From: a virus
Taxonomy: Duplodnaviria > Caudoviricetes
IMG/VR virus record: IMGVR_UViG_3300037067_021710
DNA length: 64,000 nucleotides
Strand: one strand, 5' to 3'
Each line of letters starts with the position of its first letter. Position 1 is the first letter of the stretch. A model generated the notes under the pieces. The model was not told the DNA's origin, searched no databases, and saw nothing but the letters and a program-made list of their open reading frames with translations. Both the position numbers and the translations under genes were made by a program. Of the stretch, positions 10,879 to 19,228 are shown in pieces.

Positions 10879-11175
10879 TTATTGATATACTATACCAGAA
10901 TCATCTAAAATAGAAATGTCTTTAGAATCTAATTTCTGTTTATGTAGTAATTTACCCCGGATTCTTATAAGTTGGCGTATATTATAAGCTTCATCTTCTA
11001 AGTGTTTATTATCTTTAACATATTGATCAATAGCCCCAATTATATTTATGCCTTCTTTTAAATGAACACTATAAGGTGATTTCCATTTCTTATGACCTTG
11101 ATTATACCCATCAAGATGATTTTCTGCAAATTTGAATTTGTATTCTTTTGATTGATTTTTCATAGTACCTTTCAT
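10879..11175 (-). CDS. Hypothetical protein with variant leader (KEYKFKFAE)
   Basis: Last gene of the leader-bearing array. Confidence 0.55.
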   Translation of the reverse strand: MKGTMKNQSKEYKFKFAENHLDGYNQGHKKWKSPYSVHLKEGINIIGAIDQYVKDNKHLEDEAYNIRQLIRIRGKLLHKQKLDSKDISILDDSGIVYQ

Positions 11176-11190
11176 ATGTTATATTTGTTT

Positions 11191-11457
11191 TTACGCTTGT
11201 CTAATAAAGTCAATTTCAATTTTATTGCTAACTTGTTCTACATTTCCACAAGCGAATCCACCGCCAAATTTAGCTCTTATTTCGTCTGTAATTTTGTCTA
11301 CTGTTTTAGAGTCAGTGCCATCTCCAGTACCTAAAGCAGTCTTAATATCTCCGAAGTCTTGAGGATAAGCAATTGTTATACTATTTTTACTGTGTGATAA
11401 TATTCTTCCTTTCGAAAGAATACTACTTTCTTTTAACTGTGACTTATATCGTTTCAT
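11191..11457 (-). CDS. Putative capsid-targeted internal protein
   Basis: Leader MKRYKSQLKE/S. Confidence 0.7.
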   Translation of the reverse strand: MKRYKSQLKESSILSKGRILSHSKNSITIAYPQDFGDIKTALGTGDGTDSKTVDKITDEIRAKFGGGFACGNVEQVSNKIEIDFIRQA

Positions 11458-11639
11458 TTTTTCTTTCCCCCAAATAATAATTTACCAGCTCCAAATAGAT
11501 ATCCTATTTGTTTTAATCTCTTAATATCAACAGCCATACTTTTTAGTACTGAGATAATAGTGTCTTCTTTATTTTCAAACGTCTCTTTATCAAGTGCTGA
11601 AAAGTCTGCTTTTTCTGTGTATTTGCTTTTGTATTTCAT
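11454..11639 (-). CDS. Putative capsid-targeted internal protein
   Basis: Leader MKYKSKYTE/K. Confidence 0.65.
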   Translation of the reverse strand: MKYKSKYTEKADFSALDKETFENKEDTIISVLKSMAVDIKRLKQIGYLFGAGKLLFGGKKK

Positions 11640-11645
11640 ACTAAC

Positions 11646-11858
11646 TTATTGTGTAATTTCAATTTTTTGTTTTTGTAAAGCTTCTAATGCATTTTGATAA
11701 TCATTTTTATTATTAAAAACAATTCTATTTGAATAGTCTTGTTTAAAAGGAATTCTTATATCATGCAATATATCCAAAGTTTTTTGTACATTGCCTCTAT
11801 ATAAAGAAACTTCTATAATAAACTTTGCTTCTTTTAAAATTGATTTATATCTTTTCAT
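11646..11858 (-). CDS. Putative capsid-targeted internal protein
   Basis: Leader MKRYKSILKE/A. Confidence 0.7.
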   Translation of the reverse strand: MKRYKSILKEAKFIIEVSLYRGNVQKTLDILHDIRIPFKQDYSNRIVFNNKNDYQNALEALQKQKIEITQ

Positions 11859-11889
11859 TATTTACCTCAAAAAGTTTTCTAATAATTTT

Positions 11890-12261
11890 TTAATCATAAA
11901 CGGGCCCTCTATAATTATCAGCTTTTAATGTGCTAATTGAAATATAGATATAGGGCGTATTTTTATTATCACTTAAATTATCTTCATTCATATGAACCTG
12001 AATTTTATCTTTTAAATTTTCATATGATGTAACATCACTTTGTTTATATGAGTCATCATAAATATGAAAATCATTCTTTTCTAACCAATGTTCAATAGCT
12101 TTAAAAGCAGAATCTTTTGCCTTCACTCGGTAAAAATCTTTTCTGTCAGGTACTTTAAATGGCTTTAAACTATCTTTATCTAACCCAAAATTCTTAGCTA
12201 ACTCATTAGCTACTTTTTGTGGTGAAGTTGATTCTTTCAAAACTGATTTATATCTTTTCAT
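11890..12261 (-). CDS. Putative capsid-targeted internal protein
   Basis: Leader MKRYKSVLKE/S. Confidence 0.7.
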   Translation of the reverse strand: MKRYKSVLKESTSPQKVANELAKNFGLDKDSLKPFKVPDRKDFYRVKAKDSAFKAIEHWLEKNDFHIYDDSYKQSDVTSYENLKDKIQVHMNEDNLSDNKNTPYIYISISTLKADNYRGPVYD

Positions 12262-12270
12262 AGTTCTCTT

Positions 12271-12543
12271 TTATATTGCTTTAATATTGTTAAGACCATA
12301 TTCTATTGAGACTCCTTTAAGTTCTGGTAAGTTAAATTTTACATTTGCTTTATGAGCAATCCTATCAACAAAAGTAACAATACCTTTAGTACCTTTCTTA
12401 ATTTTAACATTTGTAAGAGTATTTTTTCTAAAAGGCTGTTCTATAATTTTATCTATTAAAGTTTTAACTTCTTTACCTTCAAGAGTATCGTTGTCCAAAG
12501 AGGTATTTTCTTTCAAAACTGATTTATATCTTTTCATCATCAA
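12271..12543 (-). CDS. Putative capsid-targeted internal protein (SH3-like beta body)
   Basis: Leader MKRYKSVLKE/N; KKGTKGIV...VKF. Confidence 0.7.
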   Translation of the reverse strand: MMMKRYKSVLKENTSLDNDTLEGKEVKTLIDKIIEQPFRKNTLTNVKIKKGTKGIVTFVDRIAHKANVKFNLPELKGVSIEYGLNNIKAI

Positions 12544-12778
12544 TCACCCTCCGAGGTTCTTCTAATAATTCTTCACCAAGCTCTGTACAATAATTCCCTA
12601 ATCGCTTAAAGAATAATCGAGCTTCTTTAGAATTTATATGGAATAAATTTATAATAAGCTTAACGAATTTTCTTCGTTGAGCATCATTTCCAAAATTCTC
12701 ATCACGTAGCATACGGACTATTTCTGCTACTTCTGAATCTTCTAGTTGTTCATTGTATTTTGATTTGTATTGGGTCAT
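12524..12778 (-). CDS. Putative capsid-targeted internal protein
   Basis: Leader MTQYKSKYNE/Q. Confidence 0.65.
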   Translation of the reverse strand: MTQYKSKYNEQLEDSEVAEIVRMLRDENFGNDAQRRKFVKLIINLFHINSKEARLFFKRLGNYCTELGEELLEEPRRVIDDEKI

Positions 12779-12952
12779 TTATTTTAAATAGTGCTTTTTA
12801 AAATATTCAACAAGATTTTTAAATACAAATTCTTCATCATCATTAGGAAAATAGTCTGCTATATTACTGTGTAAAAGCTCACAAACTGACTTAATATCAC
12901 CTATATTTAGCTGAGCAGATACTTCACTAAGTTTACTTTTGTACTTTTTCAT
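12779..12952 (-). CDS. Putative capsid-targeted internal protein
   Basis: Better start 12952: MKKYKSKLSE/V. Confidence 0.65.
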   Translation of the reverse strand: MKKYKSKLSEVSAQLNIGDIKSVCELLHSNIADYFPNDDEEFVFKNLVEYFKKHYLK

Positions 12953-12957
12953 TATTA

Positions 12958-13299
12958 TCACCTATTTGAATAAGCTTTATTTACTATTTTATTTAAAAAT
13001 CCTATATTTCTCCAGGACCCTAGATATTTGTTATTAATATTTTCGATGTCTCTACCATATTCTTTTGCTATCTGAGCTAAAATTATGCTATTAAGCTGTC
13101 CCTCAATGAAATCATCATCATAGTCTAGCTCAATTACTTTGTCAGGCAATTCTTCTTTAGTATGAGCATCAATATACTTTGATAACTTAGCAGAACCTTT
13201 TACATTTATTTGAATTTTAAAATTAAATTCTCCCAAGTCTTCAGATCCGTTGTAAGAAGCATTTTTTGTTTCTGTTAATCTACTTTTGTACTTTTCCAT
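12958..13299 (-). CDS. Putative capsid-targeted internal protein
   Basis: Leader MEKYKSRLTE/T. Confidence 0.7.
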   Translation of the reverse strand: MEKYKSRLTETKNASYNGSEDLGEFNFKIQINVKGSAKLSKYIDAHTKEELPDKVIELDYDDDFIEGQLNSIILAQIAKEYGRDIENINNKYLGSWRNIGFLNKIVNKAYSNR

Positions 13300-13662
13300 T
13301 TATATTACCTCTTGTTGTATTATTGCTTTACCACTTACAGTAAAAGCTGTTTTTGCATCATTATACATTATATTAGTAAGACCATACTTGGCCAATGTTT
13401 CATTCACTATTTGAAAGGCTTCATCAGTTGGGTATACAATCGTTTCACCAGAATAAATTGCATCTTTCACAAATTTATCATCTTTGACTGAATACTTAAA
13501 TGTAAACGTAAACTTTACATTGTCTTTATCAGAAGTGCTATCCTTCTCTGGTACAATAAATAGTACTGAGGTTTTGAATGCTTTGTTGAAGTCATTCATT
13601 ATTTCAGTAAGAATTGAATGAGACTCTGGAACAGCTTCTGAAAATCTTGATTTATATTTCAT
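13300..13662 (-). CDS. Putative capsid-targeted internal protein
   Basis: Leader MKYKSRFSE/A. Confidence 0.7.
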   Translation of the reverse strand: MKYKSRFSEAVPESHSILTEIMNDFNKAFKTSVLFIVPEKDSTSDKDNVKFTFTFKYSVKDDKFVKDAIYSGETIVYPTDEAFQIVNETLAKYGLTNIMYNDAKTAFTVSGKAIIQQEVI

Positions 13663-13669
13663 AATTCCT

Positions 13670-13855
13670 TTATTTATAAGTCTTCATTTTATCTAAAATT
13701 TCAACAAATTTATCTCTTGCATATCCTGGGGTTACAACAAACACATGAGCAATTTTTTTAATGTCTGGCATAAGGGATTTGGCTAAATCTTCAAGTTCAC
13801 TTTCTAATGTTGCATCTTTAGTTGCTTCTGAAAATCTTGATTTATACTTCATCAT
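13670..13855 (-). CDS. Putative capsid-targeted internal protein
   Basis: Leader MKYKSRFSE/A. Confidence 0.7.
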   Translation of the reverse strand: MMKYKSRFSEATKDATLESELEDLAKSLMPDIKKIAHVFVVTPGYARDKFVEILDKMKTYK

Positions 13856-14076
13856 TTTTCCTCTATAATTTTCTTTAAATCATTAATACATTTAGTAATA
13901 ATAGCTTGATATTTACTACCATCATCTTCGTCTATAAGCCCTTGAATAGTTTTTTGTCTTCCTAAAGTTACCCATACTTGCCATAACCCTGACCCCTGAT
14001 CTTTATTGCCAAAAGACACTTCAAAATTTATTAAATGAAGACTATTTTCTGTCAATTTACTTTTGTATTTTTCCAT
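13852..14076 (-). CDS. Putative capsid-targeted internal protein
   Basis: Leader MEKYKSKLTE/N. Confidence 0.7.
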   Translation of the reverse strand: MEKYKSKLTENSLHLINFEVSFGNKDQGSGLWQVWVTLGRQKTIQGLIDEDDGSKYQAIITKCINDLKKIIEEK

Positions 14077-14077
14077 A

Positions 14078-14431
14078 TTATAACGCTCCAGCCATTTTTT
14101 GAAGATCTTTTAATGATACATTGATATAATTTGTTTCGGAATTGTCTCCATTTAATTTAATTCGTGGATAAAATTCTCCCGCCTTATTTTCTTTTATAAA
14201 ATCTAGTATTGCTTTTTTTAAATATTTTGTATCTGAAGAATCACTAAATTCAGTTAATTTACTTTTATACTTTTCCATTTTAAACTCCTCTGATAATTTA
14301 TCGTAATCTACATTGTTAGTCCAATCACTATCAAAAACCCATTTGTCTTTTTCTGAAGCTTTATCTTTAGAGCCATGCTTAGAACGCAGAGACTGTATCA
14401 TTTTAAATTGAGATTTTGATTTTGCTGGCAT
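14078..14431 (-). CDS. In-frame fusion of a small MPAKSK-type protein and a leader-bearing protein (internal start 14278)
   Basis: Internal MEKYKSKLTE/F at residue 52, preceded by GAGGAG RBS. Confidence 0.6.
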   Translation of the reverse strand: MPAKSKSQFKMIQSLRSKHGSKDKASEKDKWVFDSDWTNNVDYDKLSEEFKMEKYKSKLTEFSDSSDTKYLKKAILDFIKENKAGEFYPRIKLNGDNSETNYINVSLKDLQKMAGAL

Positions 14432-14437
14432 TATCTT

Positions 14438-14746
14438 CTACATTTCTGGAGTGATATATACAGTCCCAGAGTCATACCATTCTAATTCAAATTTGTATTT
14501 TTTAAGTAAAGATGCAAACTCTTTTAAAACACCAAATTCATCGTATAGTGCAGGATATTCATCATAGCCGTATGCGTCAAAAATGTTTATATCATCTTTA
14601 TTTAAAGACACATCTCCACCAAGTATAACTTTAGTATCATTGACTGTAGCTAATTTAAAATGTCCTTTTGGGTATTTTGACTTTAACACAGATAAAAAAG
14701 ACTCGAACGATGTTGATTCTAGCAATTGTGGTTTATAACGTTTCAT
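14438..14746 (-). CDS. Putative capsid-targeted internal protein
   Basis: Leader MKRYKPQLLE/S. Confidence 0.7.
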   Translation of the reverse strand: MKRYKPQLLESTSFESFLSVLKSKYPKGHFKLATVNDTKVILGGDVSLNKDDINIFDAYGYDEYPALYDEFGVLKEFASLLKKYKFELEWYDSGTVYITPEM

Positions 14747-14767
14747 TTTACCCTCAAATAGTTTAAT

Positions 14768-14775
14768 TATTAGTA
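14768..14775 (-). promoter_or_regulatory. Late promoter-like box TACTAATA
   Basis: Intergenic, heads the 10.9-14.7 kb array. Confidence 0.65.
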
Positions 14776-14781
14776 CAAATT

Positions 14782-15063
14782 CTATTCTTTTTCACTCTCT
14801 TGTTCATCTTGAATTTTAGCAATTTCAAGTTCTTTTTGCTTAACTACAATGTCTTGTTGAGCTTTACGCTGCTGGTCTTTTAATGAACGTATTGTGTCAG
14901 GATCAGTATCTTCTTTGTCATTTTCTCTTTTTATTTTATACTGAAGGTCTTTTAATTTTTGTTGCAAATCTTGAATAGCCAACTTAGTAGTTTCAGATTT
15001 GTCTGGCTTATCTGAACTAGTTGTGTCTTCAGCTTCGTTTAATATTGGTTTATATCGTATCAT
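14782..15063 (-). CDS. Putative capsid-targeted coiled-coil protein
   Basis: Leader MIRYKPILNE/A. Confidence 0.7.
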   Translation of the reverse strand: MIRYKPILNEAEDTTSSDKPDKSETTKLAIQDLQQKLKDLQYKIKRENDKEDTDPDTIRSLKDQQRKAQQDIVVKQKELEIAKIQDEQESEKE

Positions 15064-15074
15064 TATTTTACCTT

Positions 15075-15284
15075 TTATAATTTTTCAACGGCTAAACTAT
15101 CTCCAGAAGCATAAGTAGCAAAGCCTTTCTTTTCTATCTTTTTAATAAAATCTTGCAATTTACTTCCTGAAGTTTTACTTATATCAAACCAAGCTTTATC
15201 ACCTTTCTTAAGTTTTAAAATTTCTTTGTAAAAATCTTGAAGAGATTGTTAAGTTTCTTTTAGTTGTGGTTTGTATCGTTTCAT
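15075..15284 (-). pseudogene. Leader-bearing gene with in-frame TAA at codon 12
   Basis: MKRYKPQLKET*QSLQDFYKEILK...LAVEKL*, translated by hand. Confidence 0.7.
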
Positions 15285-15288
15285 TTAT

Positions 15289-15612
15289 TTACCTTTGATT
15301 TATAGAACCTATATGTCTTCCACCCTTAGATGGTATAAAGTCTTTTTCGATCACTGGGTATACTTCAAATTTATCTGTAGCTTTATTAATATGAACGAAC
15401 CATTTTTCGTTAGTACTTTTATCAAGCTCTTCTTGTAAAGTTTTAAAATCATCTAAATCAAAACAAATAATTTTTGAGCTCGTTATTTTATAGTCAATAC
15501 TAAATTTTTTCAATATTTGTTCAACAATCGTTGTTTTAAATACTCTAGTATTACCACCAGGTGTTTTAATCTTAAGCTCAGTTTCTTTTAATTGTGGTTT
15601 GTATCGTTTCAT
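15289..15612 (-). CDS. Putative capsid-targeted internal protein
   Basis: Leader MKRYKPQLKE/T. Confidence 0.7.
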   Translation of the reverse strand: MKRYKPQLKETELKIKTPGGNTRVFKTTIVEQILKKFSIDYKITSSKIICFDLDDFKTLQEELDKSTNEKWFVHINKATDKFEVYPVIEKDFIPSKGGRHIGSINQR

Positions 15613-16238
15613 TTAGAATTCCTATCTAAATATTTTTTAATCATTTGTCTCATCATTGGTATAAAAAACTTTATACCGTTTACAATTCCAGCAGCATGTT
15701 TGTCTAATAGTTGATTTCCCCCATGATATTTATTCCAATGATTAGGGGGTCGATGCTCAGGATAAATAGCTGCATCAAATTGAGTCATATTAAAATTCAT
15801 CCCTTGAAACTGAAACGCAGGGACATCCGACCAAACTTTTATATCACAATTTAAAAATACTTCTTCAATATCTTTGTCTGTTACATTTGGGTACCCAGGA
15901 GTTGTCTCAAGAAGTTTAAAAAAATCTAATACACGAATTTCAATAGTATATAAATTTCCATTTTCCAAACTCATTGAAGTTGGCTCAACAACTTTTGCAT
16001 TGAAATTATCAGGGTATTTCGGAGTGCGTTCAGTGAGCCAAATAAATGTCACATAATCTTCTGCTTTATTTATTCGTAATTGAGTAAGCTTTGCTCTATT
16101 CGTTGGATTACCCATAAGCTTATTAGTTTCTTTGGCAAATTTTCTTGTGAAAGCAGACATTGAGGCATTTTTCATTAGATCTGTGAATCTAAGATTTTCG
16201 AGAAGAAGCCATTTATTTATTTGTTTATAACGTATCAT
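15609..16238 (-). CDS. Leader-bearing protein, degenerate SWIM-like phage family
   Basis: MIRYKQ...LLE/N; DIKVWSDVPAF...RPP...LDKH. Confidence 0.45.
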   Translation of the reverse strand: MIRYKQINKWLLLENLRFTDLMKNASMSAFTRKFAKETNKLMGNPTNRAKLTQLRINKAEDYVTFIWLTERTPKYPDNFNAKVVEPTSMSLENGNLYTIEIRVLDFFKLLETTPGYPNVTDKDIEEVFLNCDIKVWSDVPAFQFQGMNFNMTQFDAAIYPEHRPPNHWNKYHGGNQLLDKHAAGIVNGIKFFIPMMRQMIKKYLDRNSK

Positions 16239-16975
16239 TAATTTTCTTCTAAATACATATACATATATTTGTAAAGAAGTTTCAAAGGGTCTTCATTAAT
16301 TTCAAAATTTTTATGGTATTCTTTCAACATACCATTAAACTTAAATTTTACAATATTATCAGCTTTAAGAATATTCGCAATAGTAGAACTAGATTTTCCA
16401 GTTAATTTAAAAGAATATATTATTTGCCAAGCATAAGCCATTATTTCTTGTTTAGAACCCAAATATTTTTTATTATCAGCTTTACTTTTTGTAAGCATTT
16501 TATTTCTAATTTCTTCATTTTCAATTCTCAAACTTTGTTCTCTATGTATTAATTCATGCCCTAAAATTTCTTTAAATTGAAGTATAAAATTATTAAAATT
16601 TTCTTCTGAATTTGCTATAGTTAAAAGATTAGAAAAATAAAAAATAAAAATTAATTGAGATTTTATATTTATACCACCAGTAGTAATAAATCTTTCATTA
16701 TTTACTGGAGAATACTTAAAAAGTATTTTATCAAATTCAAGAACTTTATTTAATGATCTTTGAATTTCATTTAAGTCTAATCGAGACCCAAACGTCTTAA
16801 AATGTTTTTTTAGCTGCCTTACTTTTTCTATAATTTCAGTAATGTGATTTTCAGGGCTAATAACAGCTTCTTGAAATAATTCTAAAGAATTAACTTCATA
16901 CCCATTATCTAACAATACTGCTAATTGTTCATCAAAGTCTTCAATGTTTTCTATACAAGAAAGATAACGTTTCAT
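16238..16975 (-). CDS. Leader-bearing HExxH zincin-like protein, paralog 1
   Basis: MKRYLSCIE/N; LGHELIHREQ...QEIMAYA; LYKYMYMYL end. Confidence 0.65.
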   Translation of the reverse strand: MKRYLSCIENIEDFDEQLAVLLDNGYEVNSLELFQEAVISPENHITEIIEKVRQLKKHFKTFGSRLDLNEIQRSLNKVLEFDKILFKYSPVNNERFITTGGINIKSQLIFIFYFSNLLTIANSEENFNNFILQFKEILGHELIHREQSLRIENEEIRNKMLTKSKADNKKYLGSKQEIMAYAWQIIYSFKLTGKSSSTIANILKADNIVKFKFNGMLKEYHKNFEINEDPLKLLYKYMYMYLEEN

Positions 16976-17409
16976 ACAGATATTACATCACCGATTTCAT
17001 TAATAAAAATTGCAGTATCAATTAGGTCTTGTAAAATATTATTTTTAACTTTTATTGCTCTTAAAATATTTGGGTATGCTCTTCTTAAAAGAGCAAGTTG
17101 CCTATTATTTATTTCTACTTGGCCTTCTCCGTAAATTACAATATAAATAATGTCCCCAATTAAGGCAGCTCTACCACGTAAATTGCCTTTATGAGTTTTG
17201 TGAGAAAGAATACTTTTATCTCCATTTGGTGGATTATCATGATGAGCTTCTTTAGCATCAATTATTTTACCTTCAGGAGAAACCCAGAAAACTAGAAGAG
17301 GTTTTGTGTGAGTAATAGCTCTTATAGCTTTGTCTGTATCAGCTTCTTTAAGAATTTTAAGAAATTCTTTTGAATGTTGTATAATAGATATTTGTTTATA
17401 TCGTTTCAT
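16972..17409 (-). CDS. Putative capsid-targeted protein (extended leader)
   Basis: MKRYKQ...ILKE/A; FWVSPEG..HH. Confidence 0.6.
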   Translation of the reverse strand: MKRYKQISIIQHSKEFLKILKEADTDKAIRAITHTKPLLVFWVSPEGKIIDAKEAHHDNPPNGDKSILSHKTHKGNLRGRAALIGDIIYIVIYGEGQVEINNRQLALLRRAYPNILRAIKVKNNILQDLIDTAIFINEIGDVISV

Positions 17410-17638
17410 TTATTTTATTTTTTAAATTTTGTATAATACTTTCTATTGAAGGTATTTGCTTTATAGAATAATACAATAATGATTCATCCTTTAACTGCGG
17501 AGTATTTGGATTTTTAAAATCTAATGGCCAAAAATAAAAGTACCCTTTACCTTTTATTAATTCATACCCTAAAGGAAGTAGGGCTTTATTTATTTTAATA
17601 AGAGTTATACTTTCAATTAATGAATTATAGCGTCGCAT
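17396..17638 (-). CDS. Putative capsid-targeted internal protein
   Basis: Leader MRRYNSLIE/S. Confidence 0.65.
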   Translation of the reverse strand: MRRYNSLIESITLIKINKALLPLGYELIKGKGYFYFWPLDFKNPNTPQLKDESLLYYSIKQIPSIESIIQNLKNKINETI

Positions 17639-17661
17639 AATTCTCTTTTTGCTTTATAAAT

Positions 17662-17700
17662 AAATAGCTCTATTAATTTATTAACTAATAGAGCTATTTT
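17662..17700. terminator. Inverted repeat, probable terminator
   Basis: AAATAGCTCTATTA/TAATAGAGCTATTT. Confidence 0.6.
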
Positions 17701-17720
17701 AAAATACAGTCTCTATCGTA

Positions 17721-17873
17721 TTATTTATTAGTAATACGACTTTGCTTCTTAACTTGACGCGCAGCTTCCATGATTTTGTTCATAGTAGCTCTTCCAGCTC
17801 GATTAAGCTTACGAAGCTCTCTAACTGCATGCTCAAGCTCCTGCGCCTTTTTTAGTACAATCGCTTTTGCCAT
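17721..17873 (-). CDS. 50 aa basic helical protein (not in ORF track)
   Basis: AGGAGG RBS; MAKAIVLKKAQELEHAVRELRKLNRAGRATMNKIMEAARQVKKQSRITNK. Confidence 0.7.
   Translation of the reverse strand: MAKAIVLKKAQELEHAVRELRKLNRAGRATMNKIMEAARQVKKQSRITNK
17726..17733 (-). promoter_or_regulatory. Late promoter-like box TACTAATA
   Basis: Upstream of the 14.8-17.6 kb leader-bearing genes. Confidence 0.5.
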
Positions 17874-17902
17874 GTCTATACCTCCTATAGTATAAAGTGC
17901 AT

Positions 17903-18115
17903 TTAGGTAGTCTTCTCCACTTCACCATTTATATGTAGAATGTAGTTACCATCAAGATCTTTTAATAGAACCTTTTGTATATTTTGAGGCTTCATAACAT
18001 GCTCAACGATTTCAGAAATACATCCAACAGGGCCTTGACCATTACAACGATATTCACGTTGATCCATTGGCCAATCCTTTTTACCATAAGAAACTCGTTT
18101 AAATATTATAGCCAT
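17903..18115 (-). CDS. Hypothetical protein (probable start MAIIF at ~18115)
   Basis: AAGGAG RBS; early-like promoter TTTACT-N17-TATATT just upstream. Confidence 0.65.
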   Translation of the reverse strand: MAIIFKRVSYGKKDWPMDQREYRCNGQGPVGCISEIVEHVMKPQNIQKVLLKDLDGNYILHINGEVEKTT

Positions 18116-18210
18116 ATAAAGTTTTTCTCCTTAAAATATATATCCTAAAAACAATATATATTATATTGTTTAAAAAGTAAACAAAAAAATGTAAATTTAT
18201 TGAAATTTTT

Positions 18211-18858
18211 TTATGCTTTTTTAGGTTCTGGAACCTTATCTATATAGGCCTGAGCTTCTTTTTCAGTCTCAAATTCTCGCCATTTAGAGTCTTTATTATT
18301 TGGTTTTGCATAATAGATTGTATCATCAAACATATCTTTTCCTTTTATTAGGCCAAACTCTTTTCCTTTTAATTCATCTACTTCTTCAGGTTTTCGAACT
18401 ACATTCATATCAGCTGATCCTTTGCCTTTGCTTGGTTTTTCTGCGCCAGAAGAATAGTCTTTTGCATCGTCTTCATCATCAAATTTTAACCATTTTTTGT
18501 GACCACCATCTTTTGGATCAGGTCTTCCAAACCATTCACCAGTTTCTTCATTTTGAAACATTCCAAACCCTTTACCATATTTAACTATAGAAGCTTTGTC
18601 CTCTTCTTCAACTTCATCACTTGAATAGGCCCAAGGATCTCTTCCTTTGCCTTTCTTTTTTGGTTTTTCATCTTCATCTTCTGCTTCTTCACCAGTCATA
18701 GTATGCCCATTTTTAGCATAATAAATAGCTTCCTCAGAAGTATCAAAATAGTCTATTTTATCTCCAGACTTACCAGCATACATGCCTTTACCTAAGCTCC
18801 AGTGTTCACCGTTGTCTCTCCGTTCTCCGCCCTCTTTAATTGAAATATATCTTTTCAT
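18211..18858 (-). CDS. Leader-bearing protein with three internal repeat modules
   Basis: MKRYISIKE/G; F[DE]xx[ED][ED]AxxY three times. Confidence 0.65.
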   Translation of the reverse strand: MKRYISIKEGGERRDNGEHWSLGKGMYAGKSGDKIDYFDTSEEAIYYAKNGHTMTGEEAEDEDEKPKKKGKGRDPWAYSSDEVEEEDKASIVKYGKGFGMFQNEETGEWFGRPDPKDGGHKKWLKFDDEDDAKDYSSGAEKPSKGKGSADMNVVRKPEEVDELKGKEFGLIKGKDMFDDTIYYAKPNNKDSKWREFETEKEAQAYIDKVPEPKKA

Positions 18859-18865
18859 ACTTTAC

Positions 18866-19228
18866 CTATCGATATAATGTCTGAACTTTAATTGTCTTTG
18901 GTAAAAAAACATTCACAATACTATTATATAATTTCTGTATAGTCTCAATACTTTTCACTTGAGCTTCTGGAATATAAATATCTACTTGCACAAGTAATTT
19001 GTTAGGCCATGTTCTTAAATTTACAAAAAAAGTATTACAAATATTTATTAATAAAAAACCTTCTTCACCAAAAATAGTTACAATTGGCTTTAGCATTTTA
19101 AAACAAATATCGTCATTAACTAAAGATGAAAAATATAATTCAGCAAATTCTTTATTTTTCAAACATTCGAGATCACATTGGCAATCTTTAAGATCAGCAA
19201 TAAAATGAATGCTTTCTAAAGTTTTCAT
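18866..19228 (-). CDS. Degenerate S-adenosylmethionine decarboxylase-like protein
   Basis: HFIADLKDC and RTWP...VDIY match the SpeD/SpeH layout, but the E-S-H autocleavage site is absent. Confidence 0.55.
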   Translation of the reverse strand: MKTLESIHFIADLKDCQCDLECLKNKEFAELYFSSLVNDDICFKMLKPIVTIFGEEGFLLINICNTFFVNLRTWPNKLLVQVDIYIPEAQVKSIETIQKLYNSIVNVFLPKTIKVQTLYR

